Shown here: piece after piece, positions 1 through 11,282 of the stretch
Layout: each line of letters begins with the position of its first letter
Position numbering within the stretch: position 1 is the stretch's first letter
From: Octopus sinensis
Taxonomy: Eukaryota
Reading direction: 5' to 3'
DNA length: 64,000 bases
Assembly: GCF_006345805.1 (NCBI RefSeq)
Contig: NC_043001.1
Coordinates: forward strand, 104,098,001 to 104,162,000
Position numbers and translations under genes: made by a program
The notes under the pieces: model-generated
What the model was told of the DNA's origin: nothing
The model's database searches: none
The model's input: the letters and a program-made list of their open reading frames with translations, nothing else

Positions 1-63
1 TGTGTATATATATATGTGTGTGTGTATGTATGTGTGTATACACACAGATAGATGTGTATAAAC

Positions 64-142
<79 letters not shown>

Positions 143-232
143 ATAAATAGATAGATAGATAGATAGATAGGCAGGCAGGCAGGCAGGCAGGCAGGCAGAC
201 AGGCAGGCGGACAGGCGGGCAGACAGACAGAT
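1..232. repeat. Compound microsatellite (TG)n/(TAGA)n/(GGCA)n
   Basis: Direct reading: TAGA run ~62-170, GGCA run ~171-200. Confidence 0.95.
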
Positions 233-893
233 AGCATCACTTCACACTTTCCACCTATCTCAGTGTTCGCTGAAATACTTAAACAGTTCACCGTTGAAGA
301 TAAGATGTTAAACTTCCATCGGAATTATTTATTCTCAACATTAACAAATACGAAATAATAAAGAACGATGTGGAAAGAGAGTTGCTGGGGGCTTAGTGAA
401 GTTCAACACAGGAAGTGAGAGATTCTTCATCGATCATTTGCCCTGATTTTGTGATTGGCTATCACTCAAAATCGATCACTATTATCCATCAAGTGGACGC
501 ATATACATAATTTCTTTTTAAAGTCGAGTGACTAATCTACGCCAGAGTATTAATAGATGTATATATTATAAATGACGCCGGCCGCCTCTATCGTTATTCT
601 GTTCTATTGTAGCTATTCATCATAGACCAGTAAAACATGGTTTTATGACAGACACACAACATTGTCGCTCGACCAACTGGAAATGAAATGCCATCCACAT
701 TTTCTTCGTATCGCACCTTTTCATCTTAATAAAGGGATGGCCATATTGGAAGATACTGTTGTTCTATGTGCACTATGTCGGAATAAAAGACGGCTTAGTC
801 ACAGATGAAATGTCTTTAGTCAAAAGACTGCTCGATTAGGGTTGACCTGATTCAGACAGCTGTAACTGCGAATCGACGAGAAATACTCTATCT

Positions 894-1140
894 CAGTAAT
901 TCTGAACCGGGGTCCACGTAACCGTTGGGGACCCAAGTAAAATCTTGTTAAAATTGCTAATACATTGTTCATATTTCAACAGTGCACAAAATATTTAAAC
1001 TTTTTTTATACAGTTCCTAATAATATCTAATTACAAAGGATATATTAGGATTTTTTTAGATATCGAATGGCTATGAGGGTCGACCTGATAAAAATAGGTA
1101 TCAGAAGGGTCCTTTGGTAAAACATGGTTGCGACCCATTG
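894..1140. mobile_element. Degenerate hAT-type MITE
   Basis: Imperfect terminal inverted repeats CAGTAATTCTGAACCGGGGTCC ... GGGTCC...GGTTGCGACCCATTG, resembling CAGTGGTTCTCAACC-type hAT ends; non-coding interior. Confidence 0.5.
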
Positions 1141-1879
1141 CTCCATATAAAGAAGTAGCTGCGAAATCTCCCTCAACTTACACTCCACTGTATTAAATAT
1201 ATTCTATTAAACGGAGAAAGTCGAGAATACTTGCCGGTGGAATGCTTTTCATCAGATGCCAGCTTAACCAGAATTGATCCTTTAATAAACAACAGCAGCA
1301 ATGACATAGTTACATAATTCCTGGAAGTAAGTCTTGGAGGTTATTCAAACTTAGTTTTATAAATTAACGAATCTTTCAATGTAAAAACAGTTCAGTTCAT
1401 GTCATTGTCATGCTATGTGCGTATATACGAATGTTATTTAGTTTCAAATCTAGATTTGTTCTAAACGGAGAAAGAGGTGATTTCTAATCTCGATCCAAAG
1501 CTTCTTCATTGGAATTCCGACAACATCGACAGAATATTTATGTATGTTTGTGTGTATGTGTGCAATGTTAGGAATTAGTGTATATGCAAATCAGTATGTT
1601 TTGTTTTATGTATGTATTCTCACGCGTATAGTTGCATGGTTTAACAAATGCAAATGTACTTATATACCAAATTTTCGAAAAGATTTTCATATTTTGACAT
1701 TTCCATTCATGGTTTGTATCCGTAATCGTTTGACATTTCTTCTATCGGGTTTTTCTAACCCTAATTTCTCAACCTAGGCGCTGAGGCAGTTTGTTAAATG
1801 TCCCAGTGCTCCAATAATTACGGAAATAAATCTGAACTTGTAATCAGATCGGTTAGCGATAAAGTTTTCTACAGTTCAA

Positions 1880-2235
1880 CATAGACGTGTTCTTTTCCCC
1901 TGAACTTCTGCTTTCTGTTGACATCGTCTGGGTGACTTATTTCAACTACTGCACACAGTTTCTCTTCTCTGTCCCAAATCACAATGGTTAGTCTTTTTTA
2001 TGTTCGCATTTCATTGAAAGTATAACAGAGATATTTCACCATTGCTCTTTCGCAGTGTGGGTTTTTACATCTTTCGTCTCAACATATTTCTTCTGACGGC
2101 TCTCATTGTTCAACGTGTTGGTCCCAGAATAATGTTTCTTCAGTAGATAATAGTGACATTTTTTAACAACTGCTAATGATATAGGTGATATCTTTGGTGT
2201 TAACCTTGCAATGTCGGCATCGGTTATCACATTTC
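1880..2235 (-). pseudogene. R4/Dong-like non-LTR retrotransposon C-terminal fragment (CCHC knuckle + restriction-like endonuclease)
   Basis: Manual minus-strand translation with frameshifts: DNRCRHCKVNTKDITYIISSC, then W*NISV..KCEHKK and VEISHPDDVN. Confidence 0.65.
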
Positions 2236-2344
2236 ATTGATATATACGTATGTTCTCTTTTGTTTTTAATTATCTGAAATTTTCTCTGGGGAAGGAGCTG
2301 GTTTTTAACAAAAATACAAAACGCTGTCATTGGAATGTAGATAA

Positions 2345-2735
2345 CTCAAACAAATTCACATTTTAAACACGAGAAAAGCGTTTCGTTTTCTGAAAACCCT
2401 AGCTTGTCTAGATTGTCACTTAGGCATTTGCTCACAAAATCAAGTGCAGCAGTTATTTTTTGTATAAATGTGAATTTATACTTTGGATATAGAAGCTGGA
2501 GGTTTCGAAACAGTCGTCCGTAGTTGTCTTCTTTCTCTTTGCTTTTTCGAAGAGATATCCACATTAACTGTGTCGCTGAATTCTTATGATGGTAGATACT
2601 TTTTCTTTCTTGTCCCAAACAACAATATCCGGTCTTTTTTGATTAAAATATTCCACCAATATTCCATGTGCTGATATTTGTGTATGCATTCAATAATAAC
2701 ATGGTGGCTGTTGACATCGTCTGGGTGACTAATTT
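2345..2735 (-). pseudogene. Second R4/Dong-like LINE 3' fragment (REL endonuclease region)
   Basis: ORF track peptides EYWWNILIK and KEKEDNYGRLFRNLQLLYPKYKFTFI...LDKLGF are typical REL-domain C-terminal motifs. Confidence 0.65.
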
Positions 2736-2739
2736 CCAC

Positions 2740-3545
2740 ATACGGATAAGAGTTTAAGAGTGTGTGGAGTAAGCTCACAGATAAACTGTAAAACTAGGAA
2801 TGTAGTCTATAGCATAAAGTGTACAAACGGACGGTGAAGACACAGGACAACGACGTACATTCAAGAGACAGCCCGTAGCATAGGTGAAAGAATAAGTGAA
2901 CACTGACGGGAACTAAAGGAAGAGAAAGGCTTATCAGTGCTATACCAACATGCGAAACTAGAACATGAGGACTCGGTAGATAGCATAGATGTTATAATTT
3001 TGTCGACACACAGAACAGACAGGATACTGAGACAGATTACGGAGGTTACATGCATAATACAAAATAGGCTGAGCCTCGACAAAAGACGTGAATAGAGTAT
3101 CACCACCACCTCACTCCACCACATCCCGCAACCCGACAACTAGAGACAGAATAAGACAAATAAATAAATAAATAAAAGGCACCGGTACAAACTGTGTAAT
3201 ATACACGCACACAAAACACACATACACATACCAAATTCATAGACACACAGACAGATACAGACGTAAACGCATGAGCAGTTAGGAATACATACCATAGAAA
3301 GACAAAATGGAATAGACAGGACATGACCAGATAGATGAGAAGACACGAGGAACGGAAAGTCATTGAAGAGGTCACAGAACACGGGACGAAAGAACTCTGA
3401 CAAGTAAAGTAATAATGATAATAAAGTTGAAGTGAAGATCAAATAAACAACGCGTGTGTTTATCGGCAAAAAATGACCCACCCAAATATAACAATATTTG
3501 TTTCAACTCATGATTTTACATCAAGAATTTCACAAAACAGATAAA
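2740..3545 (+). mobile_element. Penelope-like element 3' end: GIY-YIG endonuclease remnant plus 3' UTR/pLTR with hammerhead
   Basis: Frame from 2781: INCKTRNVVYSIKC...YIQETARSIGERISEH*RELKEEKGLSVLYQHAKLEH...RRE* (stop 3093-3095, two internal stops); HHR fold at 3359-3401. Confidence 0.8.
3359..3401 (+). ncRNA. Minimal type I hammerhead ribozyme (C3U variant)
   Basis: Stem I GUCA/UGAC; core UUGAAGA+G; stem II GUC/GAC; GAAA; minimal stem III G-AA-C; CUC triplet. Confidence 0.55.
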
Positions 3546-4252
3546 CGTATATATATTAGATTCAGGAACAGCATGATTCTACTATACATAAAAATATTCT
3601 ACATACCAGCAAAGTGCTTAAATCTGCTTACATATAATGTTCGCTAAAAGTCTAAAGATATATTCTGTATTGAGATACAGCATACGTGAATGTGTGGGAG
3701 GTTGTGTGTGTAAATATATCTATGGTGAATAGATGACAAAATTCAACACATGGTACAAATGTTTCAATTACTTGGCAATTTATTTGCACTTAATGTATTA
3801 CATCATAATTATATATGGTAAATTGATCGATATTTGATTTGGTTTAAACTTTTCGTATTTCTATCAAAATGTTTTTCTTTTCGTAATTAGAACTTTAGAA
3901 CTTAATAACTTCAATAACTATATAAGCATTTAATATCTTTTTCTCCCTATTTTCAATGAGAGAGAGAGTGTGTGTGTGTGTATGTGTGTGTGTGTGTATG
4001 TGTGTGTGTGTGTGTGTGTGCACGCGCGCGCGCGCGTATATAGAGAAAAAAACAAAACATTAATTGACTGATCACTCAATATATTTAATAGGTTATCACA
4101 TTTAATTTTTGCAAAGAAGCGGTTAACAGTGAATTCAAAGTTTCACCGGTCATTGACTTCGAGATATGCTTAGATAATGGTAAGAACCATTTACATATGA
4201 TATAGAAAACGTAATTTTAGCTGAATCTTAAATTTCGACCTAGACTTCATTA

Positions 4253-4490
4253 TATTGGTTTCAAATTTTCGTACAAGACCAGCAATGCTGGAAAAGAGAG
4301 TAAGTCGATTACATAGACTTTTTTATTTTACATCGACGTAAACCAAGTGCTTAACTGGTACTTATTTTATAGACCCCCGACAGGATGAAGGACAAAGACA
4401 AAGTCGATCTCGATAGAATTTGGACTTCAAGCGTAAATGGCGCTAAGCCTTTTGCCCTGATTGCTAACGACTCTGCCGGCTCGTCGCTTT
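4253..4490 (-). mobile_element. tRNA-derived SINE family A copy (degenerate)
   Basis: Matches other copies in window (aaagtcga..cg..gaattt; gctaacgactctgccggctcgtcgc). Confidence 0.7.
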
Positions 4491-4599
4491 ATACTGAACA
4501 GTAATTAATCCTGCCGCCTGAAGGAAAACAGAAAGGAAACGGAAATGGTGCAGAGAACAAATGAAGCAATAACATAATTGTACTAGTTTTCAAGAACAG

Positions 4600-4975
4600 C
4601 GACACACACACACACAGGCACACACAAACACACACACACACACACACACATACACACACACACACCCCCCACACACACACATGAATACACACGCAAACAC
4701 GGACGCAAACGCATGCGCACATAAGGATACACATCATAGAAGAGCAGAATGGTGTAAGTGGAGCAAGAGCACACACGAAAATGAAAAGTGTTGCTGAAGA
4801 GGTCACAGATGTGTGACGAAAGATTTCCGGACAATGGACACAAGTTAGAATAAGAACAGCAATAAACGACTGCGTGTGTTTATCTGGCAAAAAACATGAC
4901 CATCTCGAAATACAATATTTGTTTCAACACACGATTTCACATCAGGAACCTTGCAACACAAATTGATAAACGTTC
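4600..4975 (+). mobile_element. Diverged second copy of the PLE 3' UTR/pLTR seen at 3200-3545
   Basis: Shared blocks gaagaggtcacaga..gacgaaaga, cgcgtgtgtttatc-ggcaaaaaa, acaatatttgtttcaac. Confidence 0.7.
4788..4832 (+). ncRNA. Minimal type I hammerhead ribozyme
   Basis: Core CUGAAGA 4794-4800 +G; stem II GUCACA/UGUGAC with GAUG loop; GAAA 4818-4821; UUC triplet; stem I weak (UUG/CGG). Confidence 0.55.
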
Positions 4976-5277
4976 TCGTTTTCCTTTGACTGAAAATGCT
5001 GAACTGCCAACACAAAATGCTTATCGCTCAGGCACATTGTCATGGACTCCAAGTATAATCTTTCCATATTCGTTAATTTCAATAGATTGGGATAAATGAA
5101 TATGGCAAACATAAAAAAAATCAGTTTGAACCGCAAAATATTCGAATCTCGAAGATGTATTTTCCATTAACTCAAAAGCATTTTGGCATCACACAACAAT
5201 AAAACATTTCGATCTTTGAACTGTGTAACGAAATGTGTTTCTTGTTGATAAAATGAATGACAATAACAATAACTCTC

Positions 5278-5460
5278 CAGTTCTATATTTAAGAGATGAG
5301 GAATTATGTACATTGTTAATATTATTTACATTTGATGGCTATTTGTCCTCATCTTGTTTGTTGTTAACACAACGTTTCAGCTGATATTCCCTCTAGCTTT
5401 CATCAGGTGTCTTGGTAGAAATTTCAATTCTGGGGTTCTCATTCCTAAGGTATTTTTCGA

Positions 5461-5501
<41 letters not shown>

Positions 5502-5585
5502 TATTATTATTATTTTGGTCACTGCCTGGAATCTAACTCAGAATCTTGGGGTTAGTAGCCCGCGCTCTTAGCCACTACGCCATAT
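5278..5585 (-). mobile_element. tRNA-headed SINE (family C) with (AAT)n spacer and hammerhead-bearing tail
   Basis: Minus strand head TGGCGTAGTGG (A box)...GAGTTAGATTCC (B-box-like); tail contains HHR 5366-5411. Confidence 0.75.
5366..5411 (-). ncRNA. Minimal type I hammerhead ribozyme
   Basis: GACAC-CUGAUGA-A-AGCU..AGCU-GAAAC-GUU-GUGUU; palindromic stem III AACGUU. Confidence 0.65.
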
Positions 5586-5628
5586 GCTCGTGGTTAAGAG
5601 CGCGAGTTCGTTTGATTCCAGGCAGTGA

Positions 5629-5666
<38 letters not shown>

Positions 5667-5855
5667 TAATAATAATAATAATAATAACAACAACAACAAC
5701 AACAACAACATCGAAAGATACCTTAGGAATGAGAGCCCAGATTCAAAATTTCACCCAAGACACCTGATGAAGGCTGGAGGTTGTTATCAGCCGAAACGTC
5801 GTGTTAACAACAAATAAGATGAGGACAAATATCCGTCGAATGTAAATAATGTACT
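5586..5855 (+). mobile_element. SINE family C copy with partly deleted head, inverted relative to 5278-5585
   Basis: Reverse complement of left copy; head lacks ggctactaaccccaagattc; HHR 5759-5805. Confidence 0.75.
5759..5805 (+). ncRNA. Minimal type I hammerhead ribozyme
   Basis: Stem I GACAC/GUGUU; CUGAUGA 5764-5770 +A; stem II GGCUG/CAGCC; GAAAC; GUC triplet, predicted cleavage after 5800. Confidence 0.7.
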
Positions 5856-6497
5856 GTTGCGTATTTTTTAACAACCGTTATATATACAACCGAATTGGGT
5901 GCAGCAATAAACACGCCGACCGAGCAAGAAATATTTCGATTACTTAATGCTGAATGATTTTTTTTTCTTTGCTTTTAATCTTAGTCTTTCTCTCACTCGC
6001 CTCTGCTATATCCAGGGGAAATCTTTCTATGCTTTCCGCCGTACAGAATCACATTTACATTATCTTTCCTAACTGCAATAACAAACAGACGAGACATTGT
6101 GGCTCTACTTAAACACCCACATATTTTACAACTCAACTGAAAGAGCTTCACGCGTTTATCCTCGTGCTTCATGCAACCTCCTTCATCCTTCGCATTTCAA
6201 ACATTTGTTTCCCCGATGTTGTTTTCGTTCCTTAAACAGTCTAAAATCAAAAGGTGTTTATATGTTTTTCATTTATTTAATCACTGTCAAATCAGACTAA
6301 ACCTTACAGTATGGTTTTAAAGCGCGAAAGCGTCCCCCAAATATACCTGCTTCTAACGTTTATTAACGTTACTTAGAAGTGTAGATCTTGGCTTTATTTT
6401 GTTCTCATGTATTTCCATTTCCCAGCTTCTTTATATGAGAAGCACAGGATACAATTCGCTGATGGTTCTCATTCATGGAGTTTATTCATTTCTTTAC

Positions 6498-6720
6498 TAC
6501 CCACAAGGGAACTATACACAGAGGAGACAAACAAGGACAGACAAGGGAATTAAGTCGATTACATCGACCCCAGTGCGTAAATGGTACTTATTTAATCGAC
6601 CCCGAAAGGATGAAAGGCAAAGTCGACCTCGGCGGAATTTGAACTCAGAACGTAGTGGCAGACGAAATACCACCAATCATTTCGCCCGGCGTGCTAACGA
6701 TTCTGCCAGCTCGCCACCTT
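6498..6720 (-). mobile_element. SINE family A copy (tail type 1)
   Basis: Full head (B box gagttcaaattcc on minus strand) and body; tail ccctctgtgt..ccccttgtggg-like. Confidence 0.85.
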
Positions 6721-7677
6721 TTCATGGCTGAGTTTATTACGATGTATATCGCTGATGCTTCAGTTCATTATTAAAGATATTCAAAACTTAACTCTCTCAG
6801 TCGCACTCTGCAAATAATTCCTGCATGTTGCAAGAATGTTGATATTCTCCAAGGTCGCGTATCCTCTACATTGATGCCAATCAGCAGCGCTACCATCCAA
6901 AGTAACCGGAGAAGGAAGCACATAAATATTTTCCTTTGAGGGTTCAATACTTGACGCTAGTTTTCTTTGTTCATTTGACTTCCTTGGTGCTTACACAATC
7001 TACTTTCCAACCCTTTCGCTTTAGTTGCACGAACTTTCTTAATATTAGGATTTTCTTAGCTTAATGTTTCTTTGTCGCTTTGATACGGGGGATTTATTTT
7101 TTATTTCGCAATTGCCCCAGTCCATCATGTGTCTTCTACTAAGTAACTATCAACGCTTTCACTTCCAGATTAGACTCCACTACCACCACAACAGCCTCTC
7201 CATCACTCATAAACTGATAGTCGTTCTTATTTGTCTTTGTTGTATTGTCTCTGTTTGTCTTTTCAAAGTGATATTCAACAACACAAGTCTGAATAGAACA
7301 AATCTTTTGCTAAGGTTATCAGAAAATGTTAGTAACAGCAGTCTTTGTCTCATATTTTAGAATGTTTTAGCTTCATATAAAACATATGCTTTCCTTTTAT
7401 AGAAATAATCTTTTATTTTTCTGTTAACCAAATTCTAAGTTTAACCAGAAGATAAGCTTCACCATGATAACAACCGAAATTATATTAGATCTTATCACAT
7501 TGGCTATTTGTTGCAGTTCTTACGGGGTTCCACGCCGACAACATGCCTGTGTCTAGAACTAAAATAAATTTCTCTCTAGACACAAGTCATCAGCCAAATG
7601 AGTAACAGACCCGATTCCAATCACGCCAATTTTTGGTTCTTTTTTTCCTCTTGTCACGTTTCTCCTTTTCCAATCCC

Positions 7678-7711
<34 letters not shown>

Positions 7712-8150
7712 ACTCTCTCATTTCTTTTTCCCTGTATAGATGTGTCTATACGTGTGCGTATGTACATAGTACAAATATATATATGTATATATGTATATGT
7801 ATATATATATACAGAGAGAGAGAGAAAGATAGAGGGAGAGAGTGTATACAGTTTGTTTAGGTCATTTCAATGTCTGTATATAAAATATATATTTATATAT
7901 GTGTGCGGGTGTGCGTGCGTATTTGTGTGTGTCTGTGTGTGTGTGTGTGTGCTCTTTAGGAATTAAGTTTATTCCTTTGGAGAATTCAAATTGGCCACAA
8001 GTCATGTGACACGGTTTTCTTTAGTTAAGACTGAGGTTATGAGTTTGTGGTCGTCTGAATCGGTTGTATGTATGTATGTGTGTATGTATGTATGTATATA
8101 TGTGTGTGCGTGTGTATGTATGTGTATGCATATATATGTATGTATGTATG

Positions 8151-8194
<44 letters not shown>

Positions 8195-8224
8195 TGTGTG
8201 TGTGTAGGTGTGTGTGTGTGTATA

Positions 8225-9484
8225 CAGGGGTTGGACAAAATAATGGAAACACCTAACATCATAGCATCGTAATTTTGAAATATCTATAAAACCGTCAAAA
8301 GCTTATTTATTTTTATGTTTTTTTTAAATTTATTATTAGTGTTGTTTACTATGTTTTGATAAAATTGCTGTTTCTTTTCAGATATCATCAGAAAAAGGTA
8401 ATTAAAATTCATTAAAATTACAGATTTATCGGACTTTCAAAGAGGTCAAATTGCTTGTGCTCGTATGGCAGGCGCTAGCGTAACGAAAACACCCAAAATG
8501 TTGGATGTATCAAGAAGTACTGTCTAGAAACTAATGACAGCCTTTGAGAAAGAGGGAATAACTTCGACGTCGAAATAAAACTCCGGAAGAAAACCAAAAC
8601 TTTCAGATAGGGACCGTCGGACTCTCACGCGAATTATTAGAAAGGATCACAAAAGTACAGCTCCCACAATTACTGCAGAGCTTAATGACCACCTCGAGAA
8701 CCCAGTTTCCACAAAAACTGTTCACCGGGAGCGGCACAAAGCCGTATTTCACTGCAATCAGAAAACCACTACTTTCAAAAACAAATGTTGCAAAGCGTTT
8801 AGAATGGAGTAAAAACCTACAGACTTGGTCCCTAGAGCAATGGAATAATGTTATTTTTTTGGACGATTCATCCTTTACCTTATTTCCGACCACCGGACGA
8901 GTATACGTGTGGAGACAGCCAAAAGAAGCATTTGACCCAGACTGCATTCTTCCAACTGTTAAACATGGAGGAGGATCTGTGATGATCTGGGGGGGAGGCT
9001 ATATCTTGGAAATCCCCGGCCCAGGGGTTTCCCTTCATGGCAGAATTAATAGTCAAGACTATTTAAGCATTTTATCTGATCAAATTCATCCTATGGTTGC
9101 GGAACTGTTTCCGGATGGAAACGCAATCTTTCAGGATGATAATGCACCGATTTACACAGCTAAAGTTGTTGCTGAATGGCACGAGGAACATTCTAGTGAA
9201 GTTGAACATTTTATCTGGCCACCACAGTCCTCAGTTCACAATATTATTGAACATTTTACGAAAACAAGTCATAAGTCGGTATCCTCCACCATCATCACTA
9301 CAAGAACTGGAGATTGTTTTGGCTGAAGAATGGACAAAAATTCCTTTGAAAACAATTCAAACTTTGTACGAGTCCATACCTTGTAGAATTCAAGTTGTAA
9401 TTACTGACAAAGGCGGACCTACCCCATATTAAAATAAATTTGCTTGATATTTTAAGGCGTTTCCTTTATTTTGTCCAACCCCCA
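8225..9484 (+). mobile_element. Near full-length Tc1-like DNA transposon (DD36E spacing), decayed
   Basis: 29-bp TIRs CAGGGGTTGGACAAAATAATGGAAACACC / GGCGTTTCCTTTATTTTGTCCAACCCCCA (4 mismatches), TA on both sides, 1260 bp. Confidence 0.92.
8417..9432 (+). pseudogene. Tc1-family transposase pseudogene
   Basis: DLSDFQRGQI HTH start, GRKPKLS AT-hook, VIFLDDSSF, TVKHGGGSVMIWG, FQDDNAPIY, WPPQSSVHNIIEH; stops and frameshifts (ORFs 8685-9326, 9097-9432). Confidence 0.9.
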
Positions 9485-9726
9485 TATATATGTGTGTGTG
9501 TGTGTGTGTGTGTTGTGTGTGCTCATGGATAACTTGTTTTTGTGTGGTGGATACAAGTGTCTTTACTTCAAATTTCCTCCGCTTCATTATACAAATGTTT
9601 GTGCTTCACATTTCTATGTGTTCATGCATTACTACGACAAGCTTTAAACCAAGTTGTAATATATAAGATTTTTAAATAGCTTCTCACAATTTTGAAATAA
9701 CTTATACATTGACAGATAAATTATAT

Positions 9727-9938
9727 ATTGGTTTCAACTTTGACACCAGACCAGCAAACGTAGGAAAGAGATAGGTCGATTACATCGACCCTAGTATTCC
9801 AACGGTACTTATTTTAACGACGCCAAAAGGGTGAACGACAACGTCTACCTCGATGTAGACGTTGAGATTATAATGACGGACAAAATGCCGCTAAGCAATT
9901 TTTCCGGCGTGCTAACGATTCTGACACTTTGCAGCCTT
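9727..9938 (-). mobile_element. SINE family A copy (degenerate)
   Basis: gtcgattacatcgaccc...ggtacttatttt...ccggcgtgctaacgattctg. Confidence 0.7.
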
Positions 9939-10505
9939 AAAAAGCCAACGCCATCATGATACGATATGAGTTGTTCTCGATGTACATCTGCAGAAGAAAA
10001 TACAGTACTTAATTTATCAAACACTTTTTTGCTCAATCTATTTGAATAACAAACGAAGAAAATATATTCCTGGAATATGAATACACAATAAGTGGATAAT
10101 TATTGCCTTACTATAAAATATACATTTAGATTGATCTCCTCTGAGAAAATAAAAACTGCATTCATATGTAGATTGTTAGTCGTGTTCAATTCTGTTAAAC
10201 TATGAAGTATGAAGACAGGGTGTAAAAAGACCGGTAGAATGAATATGTAGATAGGACCGATTACCGGAATATAAACCTTGTCCTCACGCCATCTTCAGAA
10301 TTTCTAGAAACACTTTAGGGATGAATAAACAAAGGATTGGAAACTCTGAATAGAGAGACAGCATGTCACGAGTTGTGTATAATAAATGGATGTAATCTAT
10401 ATGTACTTGTTTCTCTCGTTTTTGTAAAGCAACACACACTCACGCACACAAACATACATACATATATATGTATGTACACATACACACGCATACATGTATA
10501 TATAT

Positions 10506-10549
<44 letters not shown>

Positions 10550-11251
10550 AATATATATAATATATAAATATATGCATATATACATACATATACATACCTA
10601 CATATATATGTATATATAAATGCATATATGGGTACAGGACATCAAAAAACGTGGAGAGAATGAGAAACGAGAACATAAAAAACAAAAACATAGAAAACGA
10701 ACTTTTTTTCGAACAACGAAAAAAAACAAGCAAATCGAGAAACGAGATACCCAACATAAAGAATAATCCCTTCGTCGGTTGTCCCCTGTTTTATCTACTT
10801 TGCGTTTCGAAGGTAAAGACAAGACGCGACTTCGTTAAAACAATCCTTTCCGCAAAGTAAATTAAATAAAGTTTGCGATTTTTTGCGGAGGGTGAAAGTG
10901 GTAATAAAAACAGGACAGTGGGGACAAAACAGTAAAAACAAACGGTGAAGGCTTTTAAGCCATAACGAGTTGAAGTGGTGAACGCTTGGAAAAACGAGCT
11001 TTGAGAAGAGACAATAAAAACACGTCTTGTCTTTAGAAAGGAAGTGAAAGAAAGAGAGAATTGCCGTTAGTCACGTGTGAGCAATGAGAGAGTCAAGGAG
11101 GTGGAGTGAGACAGAGAGAGGGAACGGTGAAGGAGAGCTGAGAAGAATAGGAAAAGGGTGGGAGAGAGAAACAGAAAGGAAGAATAAGAGGGGGAAATAG
11201 ACAGAAAAGAGATGGAATAAGAATGTGCATCGTAATGATTCAGATAAAACT

Positions 11252-11280
<29 letters not shown>

Positions 11281-11282
<2 letters not shown>

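Noticed and set aside
7546-7598. Minus-strand CUGAUGA followed by a 12-bp hairpin
   Set aside because: No GAAA adjacent to the hairpin and no matching stem I, so it is not a complete HHR.
10770-10840. Minus-strand GAAACGCA and CCGACGA motifs in an interspersed repeat
   Set aside because: The order and stems do not assemble into a type I, II or III hammerhead in this copy.
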